Shown here: positions 1 through 9,221 of the stretch, one piece after another
Position numbering within the stretch: position 1 is the first letter of the stretch
How the letters are laid out: each line of letters starts with the position of its first letter
Source of the DNA: Candidatus Tectimicrobiota bacterium
GTDB taxonomy: Bacteria; JACPUC01
NCBI GenBank assembly: GCA_016192455.1
Contig: JACPUC010000006.1
Coordinates: forward strand, 62,001 to 126,000
Direction: 5' to 3'
DNA length: 64,000 nucleotides
Notes under the pieces: model-generated
What the model saw: only the letters and a program-made list of their open reading frames with translations
Databases searched by the model: none
Told to the model about the DNA's origin: nothing
Program-made: the position numbers and the translations under genes

Positions 1-442
1 GCAAGGTGAACAGGCAGAGGAAGAGCTGCAGGACGTTGCGCGGCGTCTTGCCCGCGATGTTGCCCGCCACCGCGCCGATGGTCGGGTCCTCCCCGAAGGC
101 CGCGGCGAGTCGTTCGATCCAATCCGGCGCCGGCTCGCAGTCGGCGTCCGTCATGCAGACGAGGTCGCCGGCCGCGGCCTCGACCCCGCGGTTGCGGGCC
201 GCCGCGGCGCCGCGAAACGGCTCCTGCAAGAGCTTCACGCCGGCGACCGCCTGCTCGTCGATGAAGCGCTCGATGCAGGCCACCGTCTCATCCGTCGAGT
301 TGTTGTCGACGATGAGGACCTCGACGGGAGGCTGCGTCTGGCGCCGCAGCGCCTCCAGGCAGCCGCGGATCGTCGCGGCGCCGTTGTAAACCGGCACGAC
401 GACGGAGACGCGCCGCGGCGAGGCCGGGCTTGCTACCCGCAT
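1..442 (-). CDS. Glycosyltransferase family 2 (GT-A), runs off window start
   Basis: Manual translation of the minus strand from ATG at 442: MRVASPASPRRVSVVVPVYNGAATIRGCLEAL...EVLIVDNNSTDET...GAAAARNRG...MTDADC (DxD). Not in the ORF track because no stop falls in the window. Confidence 0.9.
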   Translation of the reverse strand, partial: MRVASPASPRRVSVVVPVYNGAATIRGCLEALRRQTQPPVEVLIVDNNSTDETVACIERFIDEQAVAGVKLLQEPFRGAAAARNRGVEAAAGDLVCMTDADCEPAPDWIERLAAAFGEDPTIGAVAGNIAGKTPRNVLQLFLCLFTL

Positions 443-750
443 GTCGGTGCTCCAGGACGGAGGACGCCCGCGGCGAGGCCGGCATGCGCCTCCCCACCAC
501 ATAGTGTATGCTGGGGAGCCTACGGGAGCAAAGCGGCGCAGGGGAACCACCCGCGCCGCCTCGGCCTCCGCGCGCCGTCGCCGCAATCGTCCACCTTCGC
601 GGCGCGCCGTCGCCGGTGCGGGAGCTGAACCCAGGCGCCCGGACGCGGCGGGGGCGTCAGGGCGGCGGCATCTCCTTCCAGGCCGGGAGGGCTCGGAAGG
701 GTGTCGGCGCGTCGGTCCCCTCTCGACACTCCTGCCGGCGGATCGTCCCC

Positions 751-1875
751 ATGGCCACGATCACCATCGACGCCTTACCCCTGCTTGCCGAAGGCGGCAT
801 CAGCAACTACGTCCGCCCGTTCACGCACGCCCTCCTGGAGCAGAACGAGAGCCACGCCATCCGCTTGCTCTTCCGCCTCGGCCGGCGGCGACAGCGCCGC
901 GAGCGCTACGCGGCCTACCGCCGCCGGCGCCCCGCGACCTCCGAACGCGATCTCCTCGTGTCGCTGCCGGACCGCCTCGTGCGGCTCCTTTGGTGCTCCC
1001 CCTGGAGCCTGCCGCCGCCATGCGGAGCCGGTCGGTCCGAGTACTTCCTCGCCACCACGGAATTGCTGCCCCGCTGGCGGCGGGTGCGGAAGGTGCAGAT
1101 CGTGTACGACCTCAACCCGCTGCGCCTGCCGCAGTTCTTCCGCCTTGACCATGCCGCCTTCCGGCGCGCCCGCGAGCGCCAGGCGGCGGCCTGCGAGCTG
1201 ATCATCGCCATTTCCCGCTCAACGCAGCAGGACGTCATCGAGCTCCTGCGGGTGCCGGAGGAGAAGACCCTCCTCCTCTACCCGGGCCCGCCGCAGCTTG
1301 CCGGGCCGGCACCGGAAGCCGAGCTCGCGGTACAGCCGGAGCGGCCCTATATCCTCTACATCGGCGCCCTGGCCCTGAACAAGAATGTGGACGGCCTGCT
1401 GCGCATCTTTGCGCGCTGCGTGCACGAGCATGGGCTCGACTACCATCTCTACCTCACCGGCAAGGATTTCCTCGGCGAGGAGTTCCGCGATCGGCTGCTG
1501 GGGGAGCTGCGCCTGGGCGGGCGCGTCCACTTCCTGTCGTGGATTCCCGAGGCGCACCTGGTGCGCTACTTGCTCGAGGCCCGCATGCTCTGGCTCTTCT
1601 CCTGGTACGAGGGCTTTGGGCTGCCGGTCCTCGAGGCGGCCTGTCGCGGCACTCCCGTGCTCTGCAGCAACCGCGGCTCGCTGCCGGAGATTCTCGCGGC
1701 GCCGGAGCAGCTCATCGATCCCGACCAGGAAGAGGAGGCCGCGGCGTATGCGGCGCGCGTCTGCCGCGACGACGCCCTCCTCGCCGCCTGGGCGCGGCGC
1801 GCCAGGGAGCGCGCCCGCTGCTTCTCCTGGGAGCGCTCGGCCGCCGCGCTGCTGGCCTGGTTCAACGCGCACTAA
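751..1875 (+). CDS. Glycosyltransferase family 4 (GT-B)
   Basis: GGISNY N-terminus, IVYDL, YILYIGAL..NKN, YEGFGLPVLEAA..GTPV, FSWE; start taken at MATITID. Confidence 0.9.
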   Translation: MATITIDALPLLAEGGISNYVRPFTHALLEQNESHAIRLLFRLGRRRQRRERYAAYRRRRPATSERDLLVSLPDRLVRLLWCSPWSLPPPCGAGRSEYFLATTELLPRWRRVRKVQIVYDLNPLRLPQFFRLDHAAFRRARERQAAACELIIAISRSTQQDVIELLRVPEEKTLLLYPGPPQLAGPAPEAELAVQPERPYILYIGALALNKNVDGLLRIFARCVHEHGLDYHLYLTGKDFLGEEFRDRLLGELRLGGRVHFLSWIPEAHLVRYLLEARMLWLFSWYEGFGLPVLEAACRGTPVLCSNRGSLPEILAAPEQLIDPDQEEEAAAYAARVCRDDALLAAWARRARERARCFSWERSAAALLAWFNAH

Positions 1876-2629
1876 GGCGACGCCGGAGGCGATGCGGGCC
1901 GCGTTCCGCCAGGTCTCCTCTTGCGTGGGTCCGGCGTGACGGCAAGCGTGGAATGTGCGGTCCCGGCCCGTGACGAGGGAAGGTTGCGGAGCCTGCTTGA
2001 TCCTTTGGGAATGGGTCCAGTCACCACTCGACTTTAGCCGAGAAGCCTCGACAGGGCAAGGAGATCCACAAGTATCCCCTTGAATTACAAAGGGAAAAGG
2101 GAGTGCGACGCGGCGCCGAGCCTTCGCTGAAGGGAGACGGAGGGAGACGGAGAGAGCCGCGGGGGCGGAACAACTGGCGCAATCCTGCCCTTCCGAGGAG
2201 GGAGCGACGGGGGGGGCGGTCGGCATCGAAGCGCACGGTTCCCCGCCGCAGGTTTTGACCTGCAAAGGGGCGAGCGCTTTCTTCTCCAATCCGCGCCTCG
2301 CCGTCCGTCCGCCGGGCGACAACCTGGGTGGTGCGCCAGGCGCTGCCGGCTTTCATGGAGCCTTACAACCGCCACTGGCTCATCGATCCCCATGGCTGCC
2401 GCACCCGGACCTGGTGCGCGCAGCAGCTCGCCCTATCTGGAGGGGGAGGCGTGACGTTGCACCGCTTCCTCTGACCCACCAGAAACCGGGGCGGTGCGGG
2501 GGAAGAGCCCCGCCCCTTCACCCCTTGAATTTCCTGCGCTGGTTGCCTACACTCATCGCCTGTTACTCAACCCCGGAATTGGCCGCAATCCAGCCAGAGC
2601 GCCTCTGGCTCGCCCGGCAGGGTAGTTCT

Positions 2630-2944
2630 GTGTCCCTTGTCTCAAGATCCAAGCAGTTCGTCGGTCTAGTCACGGTACTGTTCTGCGTGGACATCCTGCT
2701 GCACTTCGTGGTCTGCCCTCTGCCCGTGCCGTCAAAGGCGTCTCCCTGGCAGGAGACGGTTCTTAGCCAGCCGGCGCCCACTTCCGCCGGCTTCGACCGT
2801 GTTGCCGAGGAGTTCTGTTCCCCAAGCGACTCCAATACCCTTCTCCCTTGGCGCGAGCCGGGCAGCGTCTGCGTCGAGGTCTCCTTCACCCCCATCCTCC
2901 TCTCGGCCGTCTCCCGGACGGAGATTCCACCCCCCGAAGCGTAA
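2630..2944 (+). CDS. Putative small protein with N-terminal hydrophobic segment and C-terminal PPP (leader-peptide-like)
   Basis: GTG start gives MSLVSRSKQFVGLVTVLFCVDILLHFVVC...TEIPPPEA; hydrophobic N-terminus, four Cys, Pro-rich end; upstream of the cytochrome-porin gene. Start uncertain. Confidence 0.4.
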   Translation: MSLVSRSKQFVGLVTVLFCVDILLHFVVCPLPVPSKASPWQETVLSQPAPTSAGFDRVAEEFCSPSDSNTLLPWREPGSVCVEVSFTPILLSAVSRTEIPPPEA

Positions 2945-3233
2945 CCCCTCCACTACCCCCGTGTGATCGAGACGTTACCGCAGCCGCTTCCTGATGGTTC
3001 AGGAAGGTCCGTCGGCAGCAGGATCGTTGCGCCCGGAAGCCGGCTGCCAGCGGCGCGGAGAGCGCCTCGACCACACGAGCCCGAAACCTGATCCGCCGCG
3101 TCCGAGACCGCCCAGCGTCAAGGGGCCGGTCTGCGCAGGGAGGGCGTGACGCCGCTCACGCGACTGCCGGCGGATCACCGAGCTTTGCATCTCAGGGCCC
3201 CCCGAGGGCCAACTTGGTGGGAGTAACGCAGCC

Positions 3234-4742
3234 ATGCCGAAGTATCAGACTCAAGGCAATCCTCTCCGTCGCTGCGGAGCCACACTTGTAATGCTGTTCC
3301 TTGCCGTCGCGGCGGTAGGATGGTTCACCACCCCGGCCATGGCCATCCCGGCTTGGGCCAGGAAACACAATCTGCAATGCAGCACTTGCCATACACGCCC
3401 GCCGCGTCTCAACCGTTTTGGCGAGCAGTTCCACGAGATGAATTTCATGATTCCCAACACCAGCGAGGAGAAGCGGCCGGAGAGGCAGCAGCTCGGCCCC
3501 GTCAGCCTCGAGCAGCAACTGGGCAACCACCTGGCCTTCCGCGTGCTGGGCAACCTGGCGCAGGGGTTCGAGTTCAAGGGCCGTTCAGGCCGCTCGGAGA
3601 TCTCCTTCCCCAATGAGCTGGAGATCTTCATTGCCGCTAACCCGACGGACGACATCGCCGTCTTTGTCGAACTGGAGAACGAGTTGAAGGAGCTGGAGTT
3701 CAACGCCGGAGAGTTCGAGCTGGAGCAGCACTTCGGCCTTGGCCACGAGGCGTTCCTGATGATCAACTTGGCGAAACCCCTGCGCCGCCTCGGCCTGCCG
3801 ACGATGGTGCATGGCGCCGAGGCGGGGGGGATGGTGCACTCCTCCATCCTGGGGCACGGGCCGATGCTGATGATCGGCCTGGTCGATCCCTCGACGAACT
3901 TCTCCTTTCCCACGGCGCGGCAGGTGATGACCAGCCTCCCCGCCGACGTTGAGAACGAGGAGCTGTTGCGCCTGCCCATCACGCCCTACGCCTTCGGCGG
4001 CAAGTTCTTCGGCCTCTACAAAGCCAATGAAAACGATCCGCTCCTCGCCACCACGCCGACCCTCTACAACACGGCCGGCGCGCTCGGCGCCGACTTCCAT
4101 GGACGCCTCTTCGGCAACCTCTTGCTCTACCAGTTCGGCGTCATGAACGGCGCCAACGAACGCAGCAGCGACGCCAACGAGAAAAAGGATTACTACGCCG
4201 GGCTGCGGCTCGATCTCGGCGAGTCCAACTTCGCGCGCTTCAACATCTCCGGGTTTGCTTACTGGGGCAACGACACGGCCAGGGCGCCGCGCGCCTCGGA
4301 CCCCAGCCGCCCCGGCAGGCTGATCGACTGGCGGCGCTACGGCCTCGGCGCCAATCTGACGTGGCGCTGGCTCGACCTCTACGGCGCCTACGTCTGGGAT
4401 AAGATCAATGATGAAGACCTGCCGGTCTTGCTGCGGCCGCACTTCGACAACACGGCCAGCGGCCTGACCCTGGAAGCAGACTTCCTGCTCTCCAACAAGT
4501 GGCTGGCCTCCCTCAGATACGATAGCCTGGACGGCGGAGGGCTGATGGAGTCATCCGGCGCCACCGGCGTGCCCGGCGGCCTGCGCGCCAACGGCGCCAT
4601 GCTCGGCGCCCAGGCCCGCTACTACATGCGGCAGAACGTCTCCCTCTACCTGCGTTACCAGTACAACCTCGAGCAAGACGAGGAGAGCCCGCTCACAAGT
4701 TGGGTCCACGGCGCCATGCTCGGCATCGACCTCGACTTCTAA
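3234..4742 (+). CDS. Cyc2-like mono-haem cytochrome c / outer-membrane beta-barrel fusion
   Basis: Signal peptide ending AMA, then IPAWARKHNLQ-CSTCH-TRP-PRL-NRFG, matching the Cyc2 N-terminal AxPxFAR[Q/K]..CxxCH..PxL pattern; amphipathic beta-strand body; C-terminal Phe (DLDF). Confidence 0.8.
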   Translation: MPKYQTQGNPLRRCGATLVMLFLAVAAVGWFTTPAMAIPAWARKHNLQCSTCHTRPPRLNRFGEQFHEMNFMIPNTSEEKRPERQQLGPVSLEQQLGNHLAFRVLGNLAQGFEFKGRSGRSEISFPNELEIFIAANPTDDIAVFVELENELKELEFNAGEFELEQHFGLGHEAFLMINLAKPLRRLGLPTMVHGAEAGGMVHSSILGHGPMLMIGLVDPSTNFSFPTARQVMTSLPADVENEELLRLPITPYAFGGKFFGLYKANENDPLLATTPTLYNTAGALGADFHGRLFGNLLLYQFGVMNGANERSSDANEKKDYYAGLRLDLGESNFARFNISGFAYWGNDTARAPRASDPSRPGRLIDWRRYGLGANLTWRWLDLYGAYVWDKINDEDLPVLLRPHFDNTASGLTLEADFLLSNKWLASLRYDSLDGGGLMESSGATGVPGGLRANGAMLGAQARYYMRQNVSLYLRYQYNLEQDEESPLTSWVHGAMLGIDLDF

Positions 4743-4762
4743 GACTTCCAAGGAGACTCAAC

Positions 4763-6130
4763 ATGCCCCGGTTTCAGATGCCTTTGAATAGATGGCTCGG
4801 CCTGCTTGCCGCGCTTTTCCTCATCAGCGCGGGCACACCCCCGCTACGCGCCGACACTCCTGCCGAGCGCCGTCCCCACGGCCACGAACAGCCGGCGATG
4901 ATGCAGCAACCCGCGGCGCACGAGGAGAAGGACAAGGCCCCTCATGGGGAGGAGGGGGAGAAGGGCCACAAGGAGGAAGCGGCGCCGCCCGCGGTCAGGG
5001 AGGGTGAGCAGAAGCGCGACGCCCACGGGGAGGACGGGCACGCCAAGGAGTCGCGGGGTCTCGAGCACCTGCATTTTCCCGTGCCGCCGCCGTACCGCAA
5101 GGTGCAGCCGCCCGACAGCCTTTGGACTGATCCCCAGGTGTTGGCGCGCGGCGAGAAGACCTACACCCAGTTCTGCGCCGTCTGTCACGGTGTGAAGGGG
5201 GATGGCCGGACCCCCGCCGCGGCCGCCCTGGCCCTGCCGCCGGCCGACCTCACCCAGAGCCGCGAGATCGCCGAGATGCCGCCCGACTTCTGGTTCTGGA
5301 GAGTCAGCGAAGGCAATACGCCGGGCCCGTACAAGGCGTTCAACTCCGCCATGCCGCCGTGGAAGAGCATCCTCGGCGAAGAGGATCGCTGGGCCGTCAT
5401 CGCCTACATGCATCTCTTCTCGGGACACCGAGGTCCCCACACCCTGCGGCAGCATCCGGGAGCCACCCAGGCGGAGAACCACGGCTCGATGCTATACAAC
5501 ATGGCCTGCACCTGGTGCCATGGCAAGGCGGGCAAGGGGGACGGCCCGGCGGCGTTCTTCGTCGGCGCCTACTCCGCGCCGCGCCCGCGCGACTTCACGC
5601 GCGGCGAGTTCAAGTTCCGTTCTACTCCCAGTGGCGAGCCGCCGACCGACGACGACCTCTACCGCACGATCACGCGGGGCATCCCCGGCTACATGCCGTC
5701 CTTCGCCACGATCAGCGACCTGGAGCGCTGGATGCTCACCCTGTACATCAAGCGCTTCATGCCGGCTCCGGGGCCGGAGGCCGTGCAGCCGATCAAAGTC
5801 CTTGCGCCTCTCGCCATGACGGAGGAGAGCGTCAAGAAGGGCTTGCTCCTCTACCAGCAGGCGGAGTGCTGGACCTGCCACGGCTTCCTCGGGGAGGGAG
5901 ACGGACCGAGCGCCGCAACGCTGAAGGATGCCGACGGCCTGCCGATCACCGCCGCCAAGTTGAGCCGCCCCTCAACCTTTAAGAACGGCAGGTTGCCGGA
6001 GGATATCTACCGCACGCTGATGACGGGGCTGTCGGGCACGCCGATGCCAAGCTACGCCGATGCCTTCGAAGGCCAGCAGGAGGATGTCTGGCACCTCGTC
6101 AACTACGTGCGGTGGCTCTCCACGGAGTAA
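4763..6130 (+). CDS. Exported tri-haem cytochrome c with His/Glu-rich N-terminal linker
   Basis: RBS AGGAG; signal peptide; CAVCH, CTWCH, CWTCH, each followed by GxGDG and a distal MP motif. Confidence 0.9.
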   Translation: MPRFQMPLNRWLGLLAALFLISAGTPPLRADTPAERRPHGHEQPAMMQQPAAHEEKDKAPHGEEGEKGHKEEAAPPAVREGEQKRDAHGEDGHAKESRGLEHLHFPVPPPYRKVQPPDSLWTDPQVLARGEKTYTQFCAVCHGVKGDGRTPAAAALALPPADLTQSREIAEMPPDFWFWRVSEGNTPGPYKAFNSAMPPWKSILGEEDRWAVIAYMHLFSGHRGPHTLRQHPGATQAENHGSMLYNMACTWCHGKAGKGDGPAAFFVGAYSAPRPRDFTRGEFKFRSTPSGEPPTDDDLYRTITRGIPGYMPSFATISDLERWMLTLYIKRFMPAPGPEAVQPIKVLAPLAMTEESVKKGLLLYQQAECWTCHGFLGEGDGPSAATLKDADGLPITAAKLSRPSTFKNGRLPEDIYRTLMTGLSGTPMPSYADAFEGQQEDVWHLVNYVRWLSTE

Positions 6131-6390
6131 CGAAGTATGGGAGGGGGCGGGACCGCTTTCCGCACGGCGTGCAGCACCGTCGTGAGGCGCACCGCGCGGG
6201 GCGGCGGTCCTGCCGCCGTGGCGAGGGTGGGGCTGGAGGCACAGGATGACGCCGCGGGGTCGTGCCGCGTCTGCCGGCGGGCGGTACCGCCTGTGGTCGC
6301 TCCCCTTTCGCAGGCCGGCGGCACGCGCCAGAGGAGAAGAGTGGTTTGCAACGTCCCTGTCAAGGTCAAGGGCGAGGGAGCGACATCACG

Positions 6391-6560
6391 CTATGCCAGT
6401 CGCCTGCGGAAGACGCCAAGGCCGAGCGCGAAGACGCCGAGGCCGAGGGCCGCCATGGTCACGGTCTGCCGCCAGAGCACCTCGAGGCCGACGCCCTTTA
6501 GGAAGACGCCGAGGCCGATTTCCAGGTAGTAGCGCAGCGGGCTCAGAAGGGAGACAGCCT
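6391..6560 (-). pseudogene. C-terminal remnant of an ABC-2 exporter permease (YbhR-like)
   Basis: AVSLLSPLRYYLEIGLGVFLKGVGLEVLW...FRRRLA is a typical ABC-2 permease C-terminus; upstream sequence is unrelated. Confidence 0.75.
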
Positions 6561-6849
6561 GGTTTCTTCTGCGGCGGTTGGAGGAAGTGGCAGCCAAAGG
6601 ATGCACCCCATCTCTCCATTTCACCTTCTCCCTCCAGGCTCAGCAGAAGATCTCCCTCAGAAAACAGGGCGCCGTGGGAGTTCGGGTTGCCAATTCGGCA
6701 CCAAGAAATTCTTGTAAGTTATTGTAATTAAAAGAGACATGTGAGTTTTTCGGCGTGGGAGTTCGGGTCGAAATCGGTTTGGCTTGAGTTCTGCGGATCA
6801 CCCGCCTCGCTACCTACCGCTGGGGCATCCTGAACTTCTACGATGTCAG

Positions 6850-6990
6850 CGTCTCACCGGGCCGTTGGAAGCCGTCAACAACAAGATCAAGCTCCTCCAG
6901 CGCATGGCCTTCGACTTCCGCGATCACGAGTTCTTCAAGCTCCGCATCATGGGCTTCCATGAAGCGAAGTACACTTTAACCGGATGAGCC
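6850..6990 (+). mobile_element. ISL3-family transposase 3' remnant with probable right end
   Basis: GPLEAVNNKIKLLQRMAFDFRDHEFFKLRI resembles the ISL3 transposase C-terminus; it ends ...CCGGATGAGCC (GGCTC on the minus strand, ISL3-type terminus). Confidence 0.75.
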
Positions 6991-7448
6991 CTTAAAAGCG
7001 TCCCATCGACAGAATTGCCTCACGCCTGCCCGTCTAGCCGTCGCCGGCGCCAACCGCACCGCGGCAAGTAGGAGCTACTTGTCGTCCGTGACTCCGAAGA
7101 GGAAGGCTCGCACTTCATCGCGGGCTTCGGCAGCGTCGGTAGCCGTGCGGCCCTCACGTAGGGGCCACCGGTGCTTGGGCAGCTGGCAACGGGTAGCAGC
7201 AAGCTCTCCCGTCGCAAAAGCAGAGAGACAGACGTAACGGGAGCACCTGGGGAAGTTCAAGATTCGGCAGGTCATGAAGTTTCAGTCAGGAAAAGTCTCC
7301 TCGAGGAAAGCAGCAGCAGGAGAGTTGCGGGGAGGGGGGAAGGTGTTGACGGGGGATGACAGGGACCAGGAGAGTAGCTGTACTCCCCACAACCTGATCC
7401 GCAAAAGACCAAACATGAGTCAACGATAGACGTGACCCCTTTATGTTC

Positions 7449-7472
7449 AGGCGGCGTAAGCCCCGCCTCTAC
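7449..7472 (-). repeat. GTAG-family REP-like palindrome
   Basis: Minus strand GTAGAGGCGGGGCTTACGCCGCCT: GTAG head plus imperfect GC hairpin. Confidence 0.6.
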
Positions 7473-7560
7473 GAGGCGAATCGCCTGGTGCGCTCCCGCA
7501 TGCCCGCGATGTGGCGGGAGTCGCTGGGAGACGCCCGGCGCCCCGATTTCGATTGACGCT

Positions 7561-7577
7561 TAGCAAAAAACATGCCG
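7561..7577 (-). promoter_or_regulatory. Possible sigma54 -24/-12 site pointing leftward
   Basis: Minus strand CGGCATGTTTTTTGCTA has GG-N10-GC spacing; no intact gene downstream. Confidence 0.35.
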
Positions 7578-7640
7578 TGCCGCAGGAATGGAAACGATTA
7601 CGTACGGCCATTCCCTCCCCTCAGCCAGCAGATTTAGGGC

Positions 7641-7668
7641 TTGACATGATTGGGGCAGGTATTATAGT
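7641..7668 (+). promoter_or_regulatory. Sigma70-type promoter for the 7929 gene
   Basis: TTGACA-16 nt-TATAGT in an AT-richer patch. Confidence 0.65.
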
Positions 7669-7928
7669 ATTGACGATAGTTACAGCACATTCTGTGTTTT
7701 CAGCCGCTTTCAGCTCACGGTCTGCAGCGATGTGGCGCGCAGGCAGCCTCAAGTGCCCCGTGCGGCGCCCACGATGAAACCCATGGTAGGGCGTCACGCA
7801 TCATCGAGACCGGGGTCAGTTCATCTCCCGCCGGTATTCGGGCGGGGGATTCGTCTCGAAGTCTCAAGTGTGCGGAGCTAGTGGTGCCAATCGGCTTCCC
7901 TATTAGCTTTGCGAAGGAGATAAGTGTT

Positions 7929-8945
7929 ATGAGAACAATTCGGCAACCCCTAGTGGCTCTCGCGATACTGTGTGCGCTCGTGATTGCTGCTCCGGCAGAG
8001 GCTATTGTGATCGACTCCTTCGATGCGGGGCCTCAAACTATAGGCCCAATAAACGCCTTTTCCTCACCAAACCCGAGAACTAATCTCTATGTAGGCCCCG
8101 GCCCCATTGGCAACCGACGTGAGTTTAGGGCAGGGGAGGGTCACCCTACCAATGGGACGACGTTCACCATTACGGGGACTCCACCAGGCGAAAACAGCAT
8201 TGCATGGACTGGGCCCTTTGGGGCAACAGCGCAGTGGCTCAGATACGGCACGCGTATTGTAACCGCTGCTCCCCAACAATTGAACGTGGATTTCTCTGGG
8301 GAGACGGCAATTGAACTGGATTTTCTCAATCTCGCGGGTGGTGTTCCTAATCCAGGTCCCAGTGATACCACTTGGTTTGTTCAAGTATGGCTCACTACGA
8401 AGGCTGGAACGGTTGACGAAGACACTTGGTCAGCGTTTGACGCACGTGTTCCATTCATCGGGGGGCCAATCACGGTCTCACTACCGTTAGCTGACTTCCG
8501 GAATGGTTCAAGCATCGCACCGACAGCAGCGGACCTTGCTGACGTTGACGGAATCGAGGTCTTTCAGGGGAATAATGGCAATTTTCAAGCCGGGGCTCCG
8601 GATAGGCACGTAGTTCTGGGCGAAGTGAGGACCGCCGGTAACCCCGATGAGGATAATGACGGGGTCGTTGACACAGAGGACCTCTGTCCGGGTACGATGA
8701 TCCCAGAAGCAACGGTTCCCTCGAGGAGACTTGGCACGAACCGCTGGGCGTTGGTTGATGCGGACGGCGTGTTCGATACCACGCAGCCCAAGGGTAGGGG
8801 CCCGCAAAAGAGTTTCACCATCGAAGAGACTGCCGGCTGCTCGTGCGAGCAGATAATTGCGATCGGCGAGCTCGGTGAAGGTCATACGAAATTCGGCTGC
8901 AGCATCAGCGTGATGGAAGAATTTGTGGACGCCGTCGCGCCGTAG
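7929..8945 (+). CDS. Secreted hypothetical protein, beta-rich N-domain plus Asp/Cys-rich C-domain
   Basis: RBS AAGGAGA; signal peptide ending AEA; DEDNDGVVDTEDLCP (thrombospondin-3-like Ca-binding pattern); GCSCEQI...GHTKFGCS; many A/T-ending codons unlike neighbours. Confidence 0.8.
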   Translation: MRTIRQPLVALAILCALVIAAPAEAIVIDSFDAGPQTIGPINAFSSPNPRTNLYVGPGPIGNRREFRAGEGHPTNGTTFTITGTPPGENSIAWTGPFGATAQWLRYGTRIVTAAPQQLNVDFSGETAIELDFLNLAGGVPNPGPSDTTWFVQVWLTTKAGTVDEDTWSAFDARVPFIGGPITVSLPLADFRNGSSIAPTAADLADVDGIEVFQGNNGNFQAGAPDRHVVLGEVRTAGNPDEDNDGVVDTEDLCPGTMIPEATVPSRRLGTNRWALVDADGVFDTTQPKGRGPQKSFTIEETAGCSCEQIIAIGELGEGHTKFGCSISVMEEFVDAVAP

Positions 8946-8975
8946 CTGAAGAAGCTACGCTCCAAATCAATTCGC

Positions 8976-9010
8976 AAGGAGGCGGCGGTCGCCCCCGTTG
9001 CCTCCTTTCT
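8976..9010 (+). terminator. Probable intrinsic terminator
   Basis: AAGGAGGCGGCGG-loop-CCGTTGCCTCCTT hairpin followed by a short T-rich tail, 30 nt after the stop. Confidence 0.6.
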
Positions 9011-9099
9011 GCCTGGAAAAAAGAATCTCTAAGTAGTTGATTTCACGACCTTGCAGGTTTGCCGCCGTGCGTGTCGCAGCGGGCGGGATGTTCAGAGCC

Positions 9100-9137
9100 G
9101 TAGGGGCGGGCGAGGATCAATGATCCTGCCCCGCCCT
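9100..9137 (+). repeat. GTAG-family REP-like palindrome
   Basis: GTAGGGGCGGGCGAGGATCAATGATCCTGCCCCGCCCT hairpin. Confidence 0.6.
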
Positions 9138-9221
9138 CCGAGTCGCCCCCGCTAAGTCGCCAGCCTCATCTCAGCCATCCAGAGCCGCTCAAGTGAGGTA
9201 TGTGCCGTACCTTCGGCACCA

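Noticed and set aside
508-750. Long N-terminal extension of the GT4 ORF
   Set aside because: Low-complexity R/P/G-rich GC read-through; family-like sequence starts at 751.
2175-2188. TGGCGCAATCCTGC as a sigma54 promoter
   Set aside because: GG to GC spacing is 9, not 10.
7020-7359. Several 60-66 aa ORFs inside the insert
   Set aside because: No recognisable motif or convincing RBS; probably decayed sequence.
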